From positions 129,200 through 193,199 of the forward strand of contig JANQJA010000011.1 of NCBI GenBank assembly GCA_028281885.1: a stretch of DNA of 64,000 nucleotides, read 5' to 3'. Positions within the stretch are counted from its first letter, which is position 1; the number at the start of each line of letters is the position of its first letter. This DNA comes from Pseudomonadales bacterium. GTDB lineage: Bacteria; Pseudomonadota; Gammaproteobacteria; Pseudomonadales; Azotimanducaceae. Below, in pieces: positions 63,384-64,000 of this stretch. The position numbers and the translations under genes are program-made. The notes beneath the pieces are model-generated. The model had not been told where the DNA came from. It saw nothing but the letters and a program-made list of their open reading frames with translations, and did no database searches.

Positions 63384-63999
63384 TTAGGAATTCGCCAAGC
63401 AGTTTAAGAGCTTCGTTGGACGCACGACGCACTGCCTCTTCAGTATTTGAGCCGTTGTGGGAGCCAAATATGACGTTGTCGAAATCCCGCAATGCAGAAC
63501 TCAATGGCAGCGGCTCGACTTCGAAGACATCGAGTGCTGCGCCAATGACTTTATTGCCTAAAATGGCGTCGATGAGTGCAGTCTCATCGATTAGGGGGCC
63601 TCGCGACACGTTGATGATCCGAATTCCTCGCTTTGTTTTGTTGAGGACGCGGGAGTCAAGCATTTGTTTGTTGCTGTCGGTGAGTGCACAGGCAAATATC
63701 AGGAAATCAATGTTCTCGATGTCCTGGGGCCAATCTACTCGCTCCATCGTTTCAATCCCCAGATTGCTATCAATAAATGGGTCGTATCCTATGAGCTGAA
63801 CACCGAATCTCTCCAGCCGGTAGGCAATCGAATATCCGATGTCGCCGAGTCCGACGATTCCAACCACCTTCCCCCGCAGGCTGGTGCCTCTGGGTTTGGG
63901 CCAACCTCCGTGTTTTACGCCATCATGAATCTGATAAGTATGTCTCGCGAGCGCGAGAAGATAGGCGATCGCGAGATCAGCGACTTCTTCACCGAACTG
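63376..63999 (-). CDS. D-isomer-specific 2-hydroxyacid dehydrogenase family protein; N-terminus outside the window
   Basis: My manual translation upstream of the ORF-track start stays open to the window edge (QFGEEVADLAIAYLLALARHTYQIHDGVKHGGWPKPRGTSLRGK-VVGIVGLGDIG). The NAD-binding GxGxxG is present. Overlaps the SDR gene by 8 nt. Confidence 0.8.
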   Translation of the reverse strand, partial: QFGEEVADLAIAYLLALARHTYQIHDGVKHGGWPKPRGTSLRGKVVGIVGLGDIGYSIAYRLERFGVQLIGYDPFIDSNLGIETMERVDWPQDIENIDFLIFACALTDSNKQMLDSRVLNKTKRGIRIINVSRGPLIDETALIDAILGNKVIGAALDVFEVEPLPLSSALRDFDNVIFGSHNGSNTEEAVRRASNEALKLLGEFLND

Positions 64000-64000
64000 T

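Noticed and set aside
1-64000. Scan for tRNA/rRNA genes, CRISPR arrays, IS elements, integrases, toxin-antitoxin pairs or known phage-defence gene signatures
   Set aside because: No T-loop-like GGTTCGAATCC in intergenic DNA, no regularly spaced direct repeats, and no transposase, integrase or recombinase motifs in any ORF. No nuclease/ATPase gene pairs typical of defence islands were recognised. This was done by eye only, so small or degenerate elements could have been missed.

Overview
Gene-dense proteobacterial chromosome segment. G+C is about 60% by spot counts. I saw no rRNA, tRNA, CRISPR array or IS element by eye. All calls come from motif recognition on the supplied ORF translations plus manual checks of starts and overlaps; no database search was possible.

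Layout:
(1) 1-17.9 kb, mixed metabolism. A 5'-truncated trypsin-like/FHA membrane protein, KorAB 2-oxoacid:ferredoxin oxidoreductase, Bcp, a ChaC-like protein, a CBM9/DUF5916-type protein, enoyl-CoA hydratase, YjbQ, a DUF35 + thiolase-like pair, ALDH and GNAT. Also a fused AmmeMemoRadiSam B-A protein with its divergent radical SAM partner, and a ~760-aa protein ending in a divergent class III nucleotidyl-cyclase-like domain.
(2) 17.9-26.8 kb, a protein-glycosylation-like locus. It is centred on a PglB/STT3-type oligosaccharyltransferase (motifs HDGYAWADGTRD, DTDML, WWDYGYPLRYY) that is co-directional with an O-acyltransferase and a methyltransferase. It is flanked by a GT2, a sulfotransferase-GT1 fusion, and a strongly signalled secreted protein with 11 N-X-S/T sequons.
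(3) 27.1-37.3 kb, a complete xps-ordered type II secretion operon, gspE-F-G-H-I-J-K-L-M-(C/N)-D, on the minus strand. The secretin has a lipobox and GspE carries a tandem MshEN-type c-di-GMP motif.
(4) 37.3-63.4 kb, a large glycan assembly and tailoring region, visibly lower in G+C from ~44.1 kb. It holds Fcl, a WecA/MraY-family initiating transferase and many GT1/GT2 enzymes. Two polyprenyl-phosphate-sugar synthase-like GT2s each lie near a large polytopic membrane protein. Also present are a DegT aminotransferase, SDR enzymes, a nucleotidyltransferase, a YdjC/ChbG deacetylase, several methyltransferases and a stand-alone sulfotransferase. A 1519-aa enzyme carries four enzymatic domains: DUF115-like, GT1-like, FkbM methyltransferase and, after a TM hairpin, a sulfotransferase.

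No Wzx, Wzy, Wzz, WaaL or ABC exporter was recognised.

Main hypothesis: an OST-dependent, en-bloc N-linked protein glycosylation system making a sulfated/methylated/acylated glycan, physically interleaved with a T2SS.
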